Source: Mustelus asterias
Lineage: Eukaryota
Length of the DNA stretch: 64,000 nt
Assembly: GCF_964213995.1 (NCBI RefSeq)
Contig: NC_135823.1
Location: 62,001 to 126,000 of the forward strand
Reading direction: 5' to 3'
Below, in pieces: positions 1 to 12,845 of this stretch. The notes beneath the pieces were generated by a model. It did not search any database, was not told the origin of the DNA, and saw only the letters and a program-made list of their open reading frames with translations. Numbering within the stretch: position 1 is the first letter of the stretch; each line of letters begins with the position of its first letter. The translations under genes and the position numbers were made by a program.

Positions 1-1222
1 ACAGTTCGCCTATCGCCGCAACAGCTCCACAGCAGATGCCATCTTCCCGGCCCTGTACTCAACCCTGGAAAAGCTGGATAACAAAGCCACCTCTGTCAGG
101 CTCCTATTAACCGACTACAGCTCAGCCTTCATCGCCATTATTCCGACTAAACTCATCTCTAAACTCCATGTCCTGGGCCGCGGCTCCTCCCTCTGCAATT
201 GGATCCTGAACTTCGTCACCCTCAGACCGAAATCAGTAAGGATAGGCAACAACCCCTCCTCCACGATCATCCTCAACACCAGTGTCCCACAAAGCTCTGT
301 CCTCAACCCCTTACTATACTCCTTATACACCTATGACTGTGTGGACAAATTCCCCTCCAACTCGATTTTCAAGATTGCTGATGACACCAGCGTCGTGGGT
401 CGGATTTCAAACAATGATGAGACGGAGGACGGGAATGAGAGAGAGAATCTGGTGAACTGGTGCCGCAGCAATAATCTCTCCCTCAATGTCAACAAAACGA
501 AGGAGATAGTCATCGACTTCAGGAAGCGCAGTGGAGGATGCGCCCTGTCTACATCAATGGGGACAGAGTCGAAATGGTCAAGAATCATAGAGGTTTACAG
601 CATGGAAACAGGCCCTTCCGCCCAACTTGTCCATGCTGCCCTTTTTTTAAAACCCCGAAGCGAGTCCCAACTGCCTGCATTTGGCCCACATCCCTCTCTG
701 CCCATCTTACCCATGTAACTGTCTGAACGCTTTTAAAAAGACAAAATTGTACCCGCCTCAACTACTACCTCTGGCAGCTCGTTCCAGACACTCACCAACC
801 TCTGTGTGAAAAATTGCCCCTCTGAACCCTTTTGTGTCTCTCCCCTCTCATCTTAAATATATGAGCTACAACTTTTTAGGTATCCCGATTCTGTCTACAA
901 TTCCCGCTGCCTCGGAAAAGCAGCCAGCATAATGAAAGACCCCACACACCTCGGACATTCTCTCTTCCACCTTCTTCCAACTGGAAAAAAAGATACAAAA
1001 GTCTGAGGTCAGCTTCTTCCCTGCTGCCGTCAGACTTTTGAATGGACCGACCTCGCACTAATTTGATGTTTCTCTACACCCTAGCTATGACTGTAGCACT
1101 ACATTGTGCACTCTCTTGTTTCCTTTTCTATGAACGGTATGCTTCATCTGTATTGCGCGCAAGAAACAATACTTTTCCCTGTATCCCAATACAGGTGACA
1201 ATAATCAATCAAATCAAATCAA
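1..1222 (+). mobile_element. Rex1/Babar-type LINE fragment (RT to 3' end), interrupted by a minus-strand CR1 tail (~583-875)
   Basis: QFAYR..STADAI, KIADDT..WC..NNLSLNVNKTKEIVIDFRKR; (AAATC)n tail. Confidence 0.8.
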
Positions 1223-1576
1223 CACACAGACACACACACAGTCAGAATCTCTCTCTCACACACAGACACGCCAGAATCTTTCTCACTTTTTCTCTCTCTC
1301 TCACACACACATGCACACACACATGCACACACAAACCGTTACCAATCTACACTCTGCTGGATAATGTCAGAATTACACCCCACCCCCCACCACCCCCCCG
1401 CCCCGCCCCACCACACACACAGATAGCCAGAATTTCTCTCTCACACACACACAGACATAACCTTTGTCATTCTCTCTCTCTCTCTCACACACACACGCGC
1501 GCACACTTTTATCAATCTACCCTTTGCTGGATAATGTCAGAATCACACACCCACGCAGACACAGACAGCCAGAATT

Positions 1577-1616
<40 letters not shown>

Positions 1617-1830
1617 GAACACACATACAAGCACACACACCTTTACCAATCTACCCTCTGCTGGGTAATGTCAGAGTTACACACACACACACACACACAC
1701 AGACACACAGCCAGAATTTCTCTCTCTCTCGCATACACACACACACCTTCATCACTCTTCCCATTCCTGGATAATGTCATAAACAGACATATACACATTT
1801 ACAGATCCATACTCTCTGCTGGGTACTCTC
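1220..1830. repeat. Compound (CA)n/(CT)n minisatellite with recurring core CCAATCTACCCTCTGCTGGATAATGTCAGA
   Basis: Core repeated about 4-5 times between dinucleotide runs. Confidence 0.8.
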
Positions 1831-2670
1831 TGAATTTTATTGGACGCGATATTACCGGAAACAACTTGGCTTAAGATTGTTTAGTTGTTTGTTCAGTGTA
1901 TCACAGGCGGTACATTGAATGTAAGATTTCCATCTCTGTTAGCAGTGGTTCCATTCTTATAGAATCCATTTCTGATCCGCCTCTCTCTTATTTGCGGCGC
2001 TTTCAATACAGCAACATTCACTCCTCGGTAAAGAGTCCAGTGCTGCAACCCCGCCCTAAACCTGTAAGACATTTTATCTGAGGGAAATATATAGATATGC
2101 AACTTAGATTCGTATCAGTTTATTTATTCTGCATCAAACACGAATCTGGTTTCACTGGGGATATGTATTAATTAAGAAAATAATTAAAGTAGAAGTAAAT
2201 AAGATTATTTTTCAAATCAAAATATCCAGTCAGAAAACGAGACTATTTGGCTGTTAGACAGGACCAATCAATCCAAATAGACAGTTCTTCTGTATACCTG
2301 CCAGTCTCTGACGTCCCATGTTGAAGGGGAACTGTTCACAATTTCTCACTCAGCTCATGACTTCAAAAAAATGGAAACCGGTTTTCTGGTTCCCCTAGCG
2401 GTGAGAGAAGAACTTGTTCTGCATGGGACATAACTGAAAAAAAAAACTTCTTGCGGGTGAGAAGGGTCAAGATCCCTTCTTATTGTTTTGAATAACAGCG
2501 TCTCCTAATGGCGCGCCCACACACACACACACTCATACACTTACAGACTCACATGCACACTCACACACACATACTCATATAATTAAAAATTCGCACATTC
2601 ATACACTGACACACACACACACACTCATACACTGACACACACTTATACACATTTGCACACACACTCATAC

Positions 2671-3765
2671 ACATGGTCTCGCCAATGTACCATGCCTTGG
2701 GGTATCCTTTCCTGCAGGTAGACAATGTTGGCCGAGTCGCAAGAGTATGTACTGTGTACCTGGTGGATGGTACTCTCATGTGAGATGGTGGCATCCATGT
2801 TGATGATCCGGCACATCTTGCACAGTTTGCTGTGGAAATACTCACTGTATAGTGTCGTGGTCACTGTTATCCTGAAGGCTGGCTAGTTTGCTGCGAAAAA
2901 TGGCCTGTTTGAGGTTGCGCGGTTGTTTGAAGACAAGTAGTGGGGGTGTGGGGATGGCCTTGGCGAGATGTTCGTCTTCATCAATGACATGTTGAAGGCT
3001 CCGGAGAAGATGTCGTAGTTTCTCCGCTCCGGGTAAGTACTGGACGATGAGGGTACTCTGTCCGCCGTCTCCCGTGTTTGTCTTCTGAGGAGGTCAGTGC
3101 GGTTTTTTGCTGTGGCGCGTCAGAACTGTCGATCGATGAGTCGAGCGACATATCCTGTTCTTACGCAGGCATCTTTCAGCGTCTGTAGGTTTCTATTCTG
3201 TTCCTCCTCATCTGAGCAGATCCTGTGTATACGGAGGACTTGTCCGTAGGGGATGGCTTCTTTTACGTTTTTAGGGTGGAAGCTGGAGAAGTGGAGCATC
3301 GTGAGGTTATCCGTGGGCTTGCGGTACAGTGAGGTGCTGAGGTGACAGGCCATGATGGAGATGCGTGTGTCCAAGAATGCAACCGATTCCGGAGAGTAGT
3401 CCATGGTGAGTCTAATGGTGGGAGGGTACTTGTTGATGTCATCATGTAGTTGTTTCACTGACGTTTCGCTGTGAGTCCAAAGGAAGAAAATGTCATCGAT
3501 GTATCTAGTGTATCGCATCTATTGAAGGTCCTGTGTGGTGAAGAGATCTTGTTCGAACTTGTGCATGAAAACGTTGGCATACTGAGGTGCGAATTTGGTC
3601 CCCATGGCGGTTCCATGTGTATGACTGAAGAACTGGTTGTTGAAGGTGAAGATGTTGTGGTCCAGGATGAAGCAGATGAGTTGCAGAATTGCGTCTTGAG
3701 ATGGGCAGTTGTCGGCGTTAAGTACTGAGGCAGTTGCAGCAATGCCGTCGTCATGGGGAATGTTT
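2671..3765 (-). mobile_element. Penelope-like retroelement fragment (RT and GIY-YIG endonuclease), degraded
   Basis: GTAMGTKFAPQYANVFM, RYIDDIF, FLD, LYRKPTD and VYL..C..WYIGET motifs, with stops and frameshifts. Confidence 0.85.
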
Positions 3766-4011
3766 TTCGCCTCTCCCTGGAGATCACATGGTCTGGAATG
3801 GGGGGGGTGGGGTGAGTAAATAGGTTGTGATGAACAAAACATCGTAGCTGTGAGGGACAGCTCGGTGGATAGGATATTAGGATGTAGATAGGCTGGAAAA
3901 TTGGGCGGGGATCCTGGATTCAGGATTCAATCCTGGACCGGGGAGCGGCGCGGGCTTGGAGGGCCGAAGGGCCTGTTCCTGTGCTGTATTGTTCTTTGTT
4001 CTTTGTTCTTT
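3765..4011 (+). mobile_element. 3' tail of young CR1 subfamily (extended 3' UTR type)
   Basis: Near-identical to reverse complement of 62460-62705; ends in (TTCTTTG)n. Confidence 0.85.
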
Positions 4012-5036
4012 GATATGGTGCTCGACTCATCAGTCGACAGTTCCGATGCGCCACAGCGGAAAACCACACCGACCTCCTCAGAACATACACACGGGACACG
4101 GTGGACAGAGTACCCTTCGTTGTCCAGTACTTTCCCGGAGAGGAGAAGCTACGACATCTTCTCCGGAGCCTTCAACATGTCATTGATGAAGAGGAACATC
4201 TCGCAAGGCTATCCCCACAGCTCCACTTGCCTTCAAACAACTGCGCAACCTCAAACAGACCATTGTTCATCGCAAACTACCCAGCATTCAGGAGAACAGC
4301 AACAACAACACAACACAGTCCCGCCACAGCAACCTTGCAAGATGTGATGGATCATCGACACAGATGTCATCATCTCACGTGAGAACATCATCCACCAGGT
4401 ACACGATACATACTCTTGCGACTCGGCCAAAGTAATCTACCTGATACGCTGCAGAAAAGGATGTCCCGAGGCATGGTACATTGGGGAGACCTTGCAGACG
4501 CTACGACAATGGATGAATGGACACCACTCGATAATCACCAGGCAGGAGTGTTCCCTTCCTGTCGGAGAACACTTCAGCAGTCAAGGGCATTCACCCTCCG
4601 ATCTTTGGGTAAGCATTCTCCAAGGCGGCCTTCAAGACACACGACAATGCAGAATCGCTGAACAGAAACTGATAGCCGAGTTCCGCATGTATGAAGGTGG
4701 CCTCAACCGGGATCTTGGGTTCATGTCAAACTACCTGTAACCCCCAGGACTTGCCTGGGCTTGCAAAATCTCACGAACAGTCCTGGCTTGAGACAATTCA
4801 CACCTCTTTAACCTGTACTTAACCCTCTCTCCACTCACATTGTCTGCACCTGTAAAGACTTGATTACCTGTAAAGACTCGCATTCCAACTATTATCTTGT
4901 AAATTGAGTCTGTGTCTATATGCCCTGTTTGTGAACCCAATCCTCCACTCACCTGATGAAGGGGCAGTGCTCTGAAAGCTCGTGCTACCAAATAAACCTG
5001 TTGGACTTTAACGTGGTGTTGTGAGACTTCTTACTG
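4012..5036 (+). mobile_element. Penelope-like element 3' part (GIY-YIG) with terminal repeat, inverted relative to 2671-3765
   Basis: CDSAKVIYLIRC..WYIGET, VGEHFS, EQKLI..GLNRD; tail with AATAAA and hammerhead motif. Confidence 0.85.
4950..4984 (+). ncRNA. Minimal hammerhead ribozyme motif (Penelope terminal repeat)
   Basis: CAC-CTGATGA-A-GGGGC-AGT-GCTCT-GAAA-GCTC-GTG. Confidence 0.65.
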
Positions 5037-5043
5037 CACTTGA

Positions 5044-5742
5044 TGTGATGAGTATTTTGAAAAGTCTTTATTATTTCTCTTTTTACAGCATAACCTCAGT
5101 AGAAAACTTGAATGTGATTACTCTTTCTGTAATAACCAATTTGAAATATCTCAAAATTTCCTTTGCGTTGCGTTGAAGCAACGCAGAATGCTACATGATT
5201 TGTGTAGAGAACCTGAATGTTTCATTACTTCCTGTGGTGGCCATTTTGTCATATTTTTCATGATCTTTGAGATATTTTATGAATAAGAAATTGGAAAAAA
5301 TATTTTTTCCACGGTGTGTTTTGATTTTTAATCTTTTGACTTGAAGCCGAGGTTTGATCCATAGTGTAGGAATTGTGTGTTTTGGAGGAAGAACTTCCCT
5401 TCGTTGAAATCTGCAGTTCTCTGGATTCACTCCAAACAGTTTGAAGACAAGGCAGCTTCCCAAAACAGCAGAGAGACTCGTCCAGCTGCCAACAACATCA
5501 GATTTTCACCTTTCTGGAAAGCAACAGAACTTTCAAAACAATAGGGAGAGAGGGAAAACATTTCTTTTTAGCTTGCTGTCCCTTCTAAAACTCAACTCCA
5601 ACCTGGAGCTCCAAACTGAAACTGAAAATGAAATCCCTATCACCTGACGTGCCCATATTTTTTTCTCCTTCCAACAATAAAATCACATCAGGCTGTCAGC
5701 ATGAATTTAAAGAAAAATTCTTAAAGGGACACTCACATCACA
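5044..5742. mobile_element. Probable solo LTR
   Basis: Terminal inverted TGTGATG...CATCACA, ~700 bp; no clean TSD. Confidence 0.4.
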
Positions 5743-5789
5743 CATGCAACTTCCAGGGTCGTAAAATGTGATGTATATGGGAGTTGATT

Positions 5790-6200
5790 TGAGGACTCTG
5801 GGTCTGTACTCAATGGAGTTTAGAAGGATGAGGGGGATCTCATTGAACCTCACCGAATTCTGAAAGGCCTGGTTAGGGTGGACATAGGGAAGTTGTTTCC
5901 ATTAGTAGGAGAGACTGGGATCCGAGGGCACAGCCTCAGAGTTAAGGGACGACTCTTTAGAACCGAGATGAGGAGGAAATTCTTCAGCTGGAGGGCGGTG
6001 AATCTGGGGAATTCATGGCCACAGAGGCCAGGTCATTTAAGACAGAGATAGATAGGTTCTTGATTGGAAAGGGGATCAAAGGTTACGAGGGAAAGGCGGG
6101 AGAATGGGGATGAGAGACCTATGAACCATGATTGAATGGTGGAGCAGACCCGATGGGCTGAATGGCCTAATTCTGCTGATACATCTTATAGTCTTATTGT
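5790..6200 (+). mobile_element. CR1/HER1 LINE 3' fragment
   Basis: GLYSMEFRRMRGDLIE...FFS.RAVNLGNS; tail GGCTGAATGGCCT. Confidence 0.75.
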
Positions 6201-6269
6201 CTTTTTCTATGTAGATATTTTTATTTCCCTAATCCATTGATTTCACAGCGTAATAAGTAAACGTTGAGT

Positions 6270-6960
6270 TAGAGAGAGAGATTGAGGCAGAGCAGGTGAA
6301 ATAGAGAGTGAGAAAGAGAGCGAGACAGAGGGAGAAAGAGAGAGAGAGGGGGGAGAGATAGAGAGAGGGGGAGCCAGAGATAGAGATACGAGGCTGAGAG
6401 AGACAGAGTGAGAGAGACAGATAGAGAGAAAGAAAGAGAGATAGAGAGAGAGAGACAGAGAAAGAGAGACAGAGAAAGCCAGTGCGAAGGACAGAGAGCG
6501 AGAAAGAGAGAGAAATAAAGAGAGAGAGAGGGAGAGAGAGAGAGGGAGAGAGAGCAAGAGAGAGTTAGACAGAGAAAGAGATAGGGAGAGAGAGAGAGAC
6601 AGAGAGAGAGAGAGATAGAGAGATAAAGTGAGACAGAGAGAGGGAGAGAGAGAGAAAGACACAGAGAGAGCCAAAGGAAGAGAGAGAGAGATAGCGGGAG
6701 GTGGACAGAGAGAGAGAGAGAAAGAGAAAGAGAGGGACAGAGCGAGCGAGAGTGAGACAGCGAGAGAAACAGAGAAAGTCAGTGAGAGGGACAGAGCGAG
6801 ACAGCGAGGGTGGGAGGGAAAACGTTAGACAGAGAGACAGAGGGAGAGACAGAGAGAGAGAGAGAGGTAGAGAGAGAGGGAGAGAGAAAGAGAGAGCGAG
6901 AGACAGCGAGAAAAACAGACAGACAGAGAGACACCCGGAGAGAAGAAACTGGCGGAAACA
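6270..6960. repeat. (GA)n-rich low-complexity tract
   Basis: Direct inspection. Confidence 0.95.
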
Positions 6961-7324
6961 AAGTCTCTGAATGTTTTTAAAAGTGTTTTCCTTGGACGGT
7001 TGATAGATTCTTGATAATTGGCAGGAACGTGGCGTTGAATTTACAATTAGGTTAGCCCCGATATGATTGACTGGGTGAGCAGGCGCGAAGAGGTGATGGC
7101 CTACTCCTTTTCTGAGTTCATATGTTCATATCCAGATATTGTTTTTACTGATGTTGCTTGAGGGAGAAATATGCCCACAAGTGGACCCACTCTGGTTGTC
7201 CTGCTCACAGTGACCATGGCATACTTTAAATTCCAGGTGAATAGACACGGGGCTTTTGTTTCAATTGATTGGAGAATATTGACATGTGATTCATTATGAT
7301 CAGCTGTAAATAATCCACTCCTTC

Positions 7325-9530
7325 AGCATGAGGTTAGTGATAGAAGAAAGAGATAGAGAGTCTGGTGAACTGGTGCGGCGATAATAATCTCTCCCTCAGT
7401 GTCACCAAAACGGAGAAGGTAGTCATCAATTTCAGGAAGCGTAGTGGAGGACATGCCCTTTGCGTATATCAACGGGGACGAAGTTGAAATGGTCGAGAGC
7501 TTAAACTTCCCAGGTGCCCAAATCACCAACAACCCGTCCTAGTCCGCCCATGCTGATGCTATAGTTAATAAAGCCCAACAATACCTCTACTTTCCCAGGA
7601 GACGGTGGCATGCCTGCTACAACCCTCACCAACGTTTCCAGGGTGTAGAACATAGAACATTACAGCGCAGTACAGGCCCTTCGGCCCTCGACGTTGCACC
7701 GACCAGTGAAACCAATCTAAAGCCCATCTAACCTACACTATTCCAATATCATCCATATGTTTATCCAATAATCATTTGAATGCTCTTAATGTTGACGAGT
7801 CCACTACTGCTGCAGGCAGGGCATTCCACGCCATTACTACTCTCTGAGTAAAGAACCTACCTCTAACATCTGTCCTATATCTCTAACCCCTCAATTTAAA
7901 GCTATGTCCCCTCGTGTGAGCCATCACCATCCGAGGAAAAAGGCTCTCACTATCCACCCTATCTAATCCTCTGATCATCTTGTATGCCTCTATTAAGTCA
8001 CGTCTTAACCTCCTTCTCTCTAACGAAAACAACCTCAAGCCCCTCAGCCTTTCCTCATGCGATTTTCCCACCAGACAGGCAACATCCTGGTAAATCTCCT
8101 CTGCAACCTTTCCAACACTTCCACATCCTTCCTATAATGCGGCGACCAGAACTGTACGCAATACTCCAAGTGCGGCCGCACCAGAGTTTTGTACAGTTGC
8201 AACATGACCTCCTGGCTCCGAAACTCAATCCCTCTACCAATAATAGCTCACACACCGTACGCCTTCTTAACAACCCTATCAACCTGGGTGCCAACCTTCA
8301 GGGATCTATGCACATGGACACCCAGATCCCTCTGTTCATCCACACTGCCAAGTATCGTATCATTCGCCCAGTTCTCTATATTCCTGTTACTCCTTCCAAA
8401 GTGAATCACTTCGCACTTTTCCGCATTAAACTCCATTTGCCACCTCTCAGGTGTACCATAGAAAGTATCGTTTTCGGATGTACCACGGCTTGGTATGGCT
8501 CCTGCCAAAACCGCAAGAAACTACAAAATATTGTGAACGTAGCCCAGACCATCACACAAACCAGCCTCCAATCCATTGACTTTGTCTACACTTCCCGCTG
8601 CCTCGGGAAAAGCATGATGAGGAGATGCCAGCGTTGGACTGGGGTAAATACAGTCCGAAGTTTAACAACACCAGGTTAAAGTCCAACAGGTTTATTTGGT
8701 AGCAAAAGCCACACAAACTTTCGGAGCTCCAAGCCCCTTCTTCAGGTGAGTGGGAATCCTGTTCACAAACAGGGCATATAAAGACACAGACTCAATTGAC
8801 ATGACTAATGGTTGGAATGCGAATACTTACAGCTGATCAAGTCTTAAAGGTACAAACAATGTGAGTGGAGAGAGCATCAAGACAGGCTAAAAAGATGTGT
8901 ATTGTTTCCAGACAGGACAGCCAGCGAAACTCTGCAGGTCCAGGCAGGCTGTGGGGATTACAAACAGTGTGACACGAACACAATATCCCGGTTGAGTCCG
9001 TCCTCATGTGTGCGGAACTTGGCTATCAGTTTCTGCTCAGCGACTCTGCGCCGTCGTGTGTCGTGAAGGCCGCCTTGGAGAACACTTACCCGAATACTCG
9101 GGTAACTCGGGAAAAGCAGCCAGCATAACTAAGGACGCCACGCATCCCGGACATTCTCTCTTCCACCTTCTTCCGTCGGGAAAAACATACAAAAGTCTGA
9201 GGTCATGTACCAACCGATTCAAGAACAGCTTCTTCCCTGCTGCCATCAGACTTTTGAATGGACCTACCTCGCATTAAGTTGATCTTTCTCTACACCCTAC
9301 CTATGACTGTAACACTACATTCTGTACTCTCTCCTTTGCTTTCTCCCCTATGTACTCTATGAACAGTCTGCCTTGTCTGTAAAGCACACAAGAAAGAATA
9401 CTTTATCGACACTCTATCTGACTGTGACACTACATTCTCTACCTTCTCCTTTCCTTCTGCCCTATGTACTCTATGAACAGTATGCCTTGTCTGTTTAGCG
9501 CTCAAGAAGCAAAACCTTTCACTGTATCCC
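7325..9530 (+). mobile_element. Rex1/Babar LINE 3' part carrying nested CR1 (~7645-8449, minus) and Penelope (8615-9105, minus) insertions
   Basis: Rex1 coding resumes on each side; 13-bp TSD CTCGGGAAAAGCA at 8602-8614 and 9106-9118. Confidence 0.8.
8709..8753 (-). ncRNA. Minimal hammerhead ribozyme motif (Penelope terminal repeat)
   Basis: CAC-CTGAAGA-A-GGGGC-TTGGA-GCTCC-GAAA-GTTT-GTG. Confidence 0.55.
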
Positions 9531-9769
9531 AAGTATAAACGGGAGCAACTGTCTGCTACCTCAATCGTGCTAACCCTGCAAAGGCATCATTCTAAATGAG
9601 GAGTGAGGATGACACAAACTACAAAGAGATACCCAGGGCAGTGAGGAGCGGATGGTCTTTTTGCTGTTTTCCACATACTAGCTTTTCTCTTTGGTGACTC
9701 GTCATCTGCGCTGGAAAACATGCTGGAAATGTACGTTTTGCAGATACTACGTGCAGTGGTTAAGAACTG

Positions 9770-9899
9770 GAAAATTCAGCGCTGTGTTTATTTTGCCTCA
9801 GCGCTTCCCGTTTATAGTTCAGGAGCCCGCTCATATCTCAGTACGCCAAGACAAACACCTCACAGCTTATGCTTCACTGGGCGCTTCAGACTGTTCAAA
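9770..9899 (-). other. Candidate terminal exon / 3' UTR of the IgSF gene
   Basis: Non-repeat island with strong acceptor CCTTTTCTCCACAG at 9900 and AATAAA at 9792-9787. Confidence 0.3.
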
Positions 9900-9929
9900 C
9901 TGTGGAGAAAAGGCAAAGTTAATTTACTT

Positions 9930-10225
9930 TTTTATGAGTCACAAGTAGGCTTACGTTCACACTGCAATGAATTAACTGTGAAAATACCCTAGTCGCCACA
10001 TTCCAGCTCCTGTTCGGGTAACACTGAGGGAGAATTTAGCTTGGCAAGTTCACCTCACCTGCACATCTTTGGGACCATAGGAGGAACCCGGAGCACCCGC
10101 AGGAAACCCAAAACCCAAGCAGACACGGGAGAGTGTGCAAACTCCACACAGACAGTGACCCGAGCCCGGGAATCGAAACTGGCGCTGTGAGGCAGCAGTG
10201 CCAACCACTGTGCCGCCGTGCCGCC
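9930..10225 (-). mobile_element. tRNA-derived SINE (HE1/V-SINE-like head, non-CR1 tail B)
   Basis: Head GGCACAGTGGTTGGCACTGCTGCCTCACAGC and central GGGTTTCCT..GGGTGCTCCGG domain. Confidence 0.8.
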
Positions 10226-10599
10226 CTTTGTTGGGCAGCGTGGATAATTTGCTGACCTCAACAGCACGACTGGTTGCGCCATTCACCTGAGCATGGGGGT
10301 TAGCAATCTAATACAGAGTGTTGCGTTGAATTCATTCCGGATATCTTCATTTATTTTGTTTTGAACCAGAAGGTGTCAGATTGAAGATAACACGAAAGAG
10401 GAGTGAACGTTTTACTTATTGTTTCACCTGGTGTCTGTTTCCCTGTCTATCTCTCTGTGGCATAATTATCCTCTTACTCGATGGAGCATGGACAATCTGC
10501 TCCAGGCTGTTATCCTTCACATTAAACGCAACCACGTGGGGAGGCAATGGCCTAGTGGCATTATCACTGGACTTAATCCAGAAACTCAGCTAATGAGGC

Positions 10600-10927
10600 A
10601 TAGATCGGGTGGACTCTCAGAGGCTTTTTCCTAGGGTGGAAATGGCTGCGACGAGAGGACACAGGTTTAAGGTGCTGGGGGGTAGGTACAGGGGAAATGT
10701 TAGGGGGAGGTTTTTCACACAGAGGGTGGTGGGCGAGTGGGATCGGCTGCCGTCAGTGGTGGTGGAGGCAAACTCAATAGGGTCTTTTAAGAGACTCCTG
10801 GATGAGTACATGGGACTTAATAGGATGGAGGGCTATAGGTAGGCCTAAAAGGTAGGGATATGTTCGGCACAACTTGTGGGGCCGAACGGCCTGTTTTGTG
10901 CTGTAGTTTTCTATGTTTCTATGTTTC
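10600..10927 (+). mobile_element. CR1 LINE 3' end inserted into a SINE head
   Basis: LFPRVEMAATRGHRFK...FFTQRVV; (TTTCTATG)n tail. Confidence 0.8.
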
Positions 10928-11019
10928 TAATGTTTGGGTACCCGGGTTCGACTCCCGCCACGGCAGAGAATGGAATTTAAATTTAATAAAAAAATATCTG
11001 GAATTAAGAATCTACCAAT

Positions 11020-11340
11020 TACAATGGTTAGCACTGTTGCCTAACAGTGCCAGCGCTACTGTTGCCTAACCCGAGTTGAATTCTGGCCTCGGGTCACTCT
11101 CTGTGTCGAGTTGGCCCACTTTCCCCATGTCGGCGTGGGTTTCCACCGGGTGCTCCAGTTTCTTCACACAGTCCTAAGATGTGCGGGTTAAGTTGATTGA
11201 CCATGTTAAATTCCCGGTAGTGTCAGGGGGATTAGCAATGTAAAAACATGATGTTCAGGGGATAGGACCTGGGTGGGATTGTTGTGGTGCTGGCTCGATG
11301 GGCAGAAAGGCCTCCTTCTGCACTGCAGGGATTCTATGAA
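11020..11340 (+). mobile_element. HE1/V-SINE-like SINE (CR1-type tail A)
   Basis: Head, central domain, tail GATGGGCAGAAAGGCCTCCTTCTGCACTG. Confidence 0.75.
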
Positions 11341-11824
11341 TGTTGATCTGTTCATTATTCCTCAAACAAAGAAGAGGAATAATCTGGAACCCCGACCCTC
11401 AAATAGTTTGCTGAGAAAGGTGGGGTGGCGGTCATGGAAAACTACCAGAATTTCGATGTTGTTCGGTAATACGATGGAGGTTTATTGAATGGAACAGCGT
11501 GGATGGAGTTAATACAGATCAGTCAAGACAGACCAAACTCACCGAGTGGCTGAATGGACTCCACCTGCCCCAGTGTTCTTGTGGATACAGCAGTGTATTC
11601 CAAGGCAAATTTAGGACTGATGCCAGGAGCCTATCACACAGGAAGTGATCGGCATTGAGAATGGTTCTCTGGGTAGAGTGAATTGGGGGATAATTGAATG
11701 AAACCCCTGCATTCCTCAAGAAACAATTGTCCTGGTGGATGAGAAGTTCAAATCCTCATGGGGTGGATGGACTGTCTTGCGCACAATAACTTTTCCCATT
11801 TTGAAAATACCCTTCGTTGAAAGG

Positions 11825-12115
11825 TCAGTCACGAGGGGACATAGATTCAAGGTGAGGGGCAGGAAGGTTTAGGGGGGTGTGAGGAAAAGATTTTTCACTC
11901 AGAGGGTGGTGAGGGTCTGGAATGCGCTGGCCGGGAGGGTGGTAGATGCGGGTTGCCTCACATCTTTTAAAATGGACCCGGATAAGCACTTGACACGTCA
12001 TAACATTCAGGGCTCCGGGCCAAGTGTTGGTAGATGGGATTTGGCGGGAGTTCAGGTCTCGGTGCAGACTCGATGGGCCGAAAGGCCTCCTTTGCACTCC
12101 ATGATTCTATGATTC
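11825..12115 (+). mobile_element. CR1 LINE 3' end
   Basis: TRGHRFKV..FFTQRVVRVWNAL. Confidence 0.8.
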
Positions 12116-12489
12116 TGCATAATGTACACATGGCTTCAAATACTCTTCGCAATTTCTGTGCAGAATGATTTTTTGGACCAGTGCAAAGCGGTGTGCATTT
12201 GAAAATGTGTCTACGCGTTTGTATCAGGAATTGTCCAAGGTTCTATATTATATCAGAGAATAACAATTATCTAATTATCCAAAAATCATCACACGACATT
12301 CGAGATTCTTAATAGTTATGATATTAAAAATATCATGGGGATATGTCGTACCGTGTCAGTGAAAAATCATCTGAAATGTACTCACTCGTTTGCCTAATCT
12401 TCCAACGTGACTGAATAATTGACGTTTGCAAAGTTGGCCAGCAAATCTGTTGCATTCAAAGCCAATGGGTTCTGCTTCAAGCTGTATGG

Positions 12490-12845
12490 ATTTTATTTAT
12501 TCATTGGTGGGACATGGGCGTCGCTGGTTGGTCAGCATTTATTGCCCATCCCCAGTTGCCATTGGAGGGCAGTTGAGAGTCAACCGCATTGCTGTGGCTC
12601 TGAAGTCACATGTAGGCCAGACCGGGTAAGGAGACAGATTTCTTTCCCCAAAGGATATTAGTGAACCAGGTGTCATTTTTTGGGATAATCGCCAATAGTC
12701 ATCAGTAGATTCTTAATGTCAGAGTTTGTTTTTTATTTAATCTAAATTTCACCATCTGCCGTGGTGGGATACGAACCCTGGTCCCCATTAGCTAACTTTC
12801 TGGATTATGAGTCTCGCGATGATACCACTAGGCCTTCGCCTCCCC
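12490..12845 (-). mobile_element. Second SINE family sharing its 3' tail with the CR1-like LINE at 56300-57440 (other copies ~37185-37470, 44970-45243, 51080-51420)
   Basis: tRNA-like head GGCCTAGTGGTATCATC; tail GGGATGGGCAATAAATGCTG..CCCATGTCCC..TGAATAAA. Confidence 0.7.
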
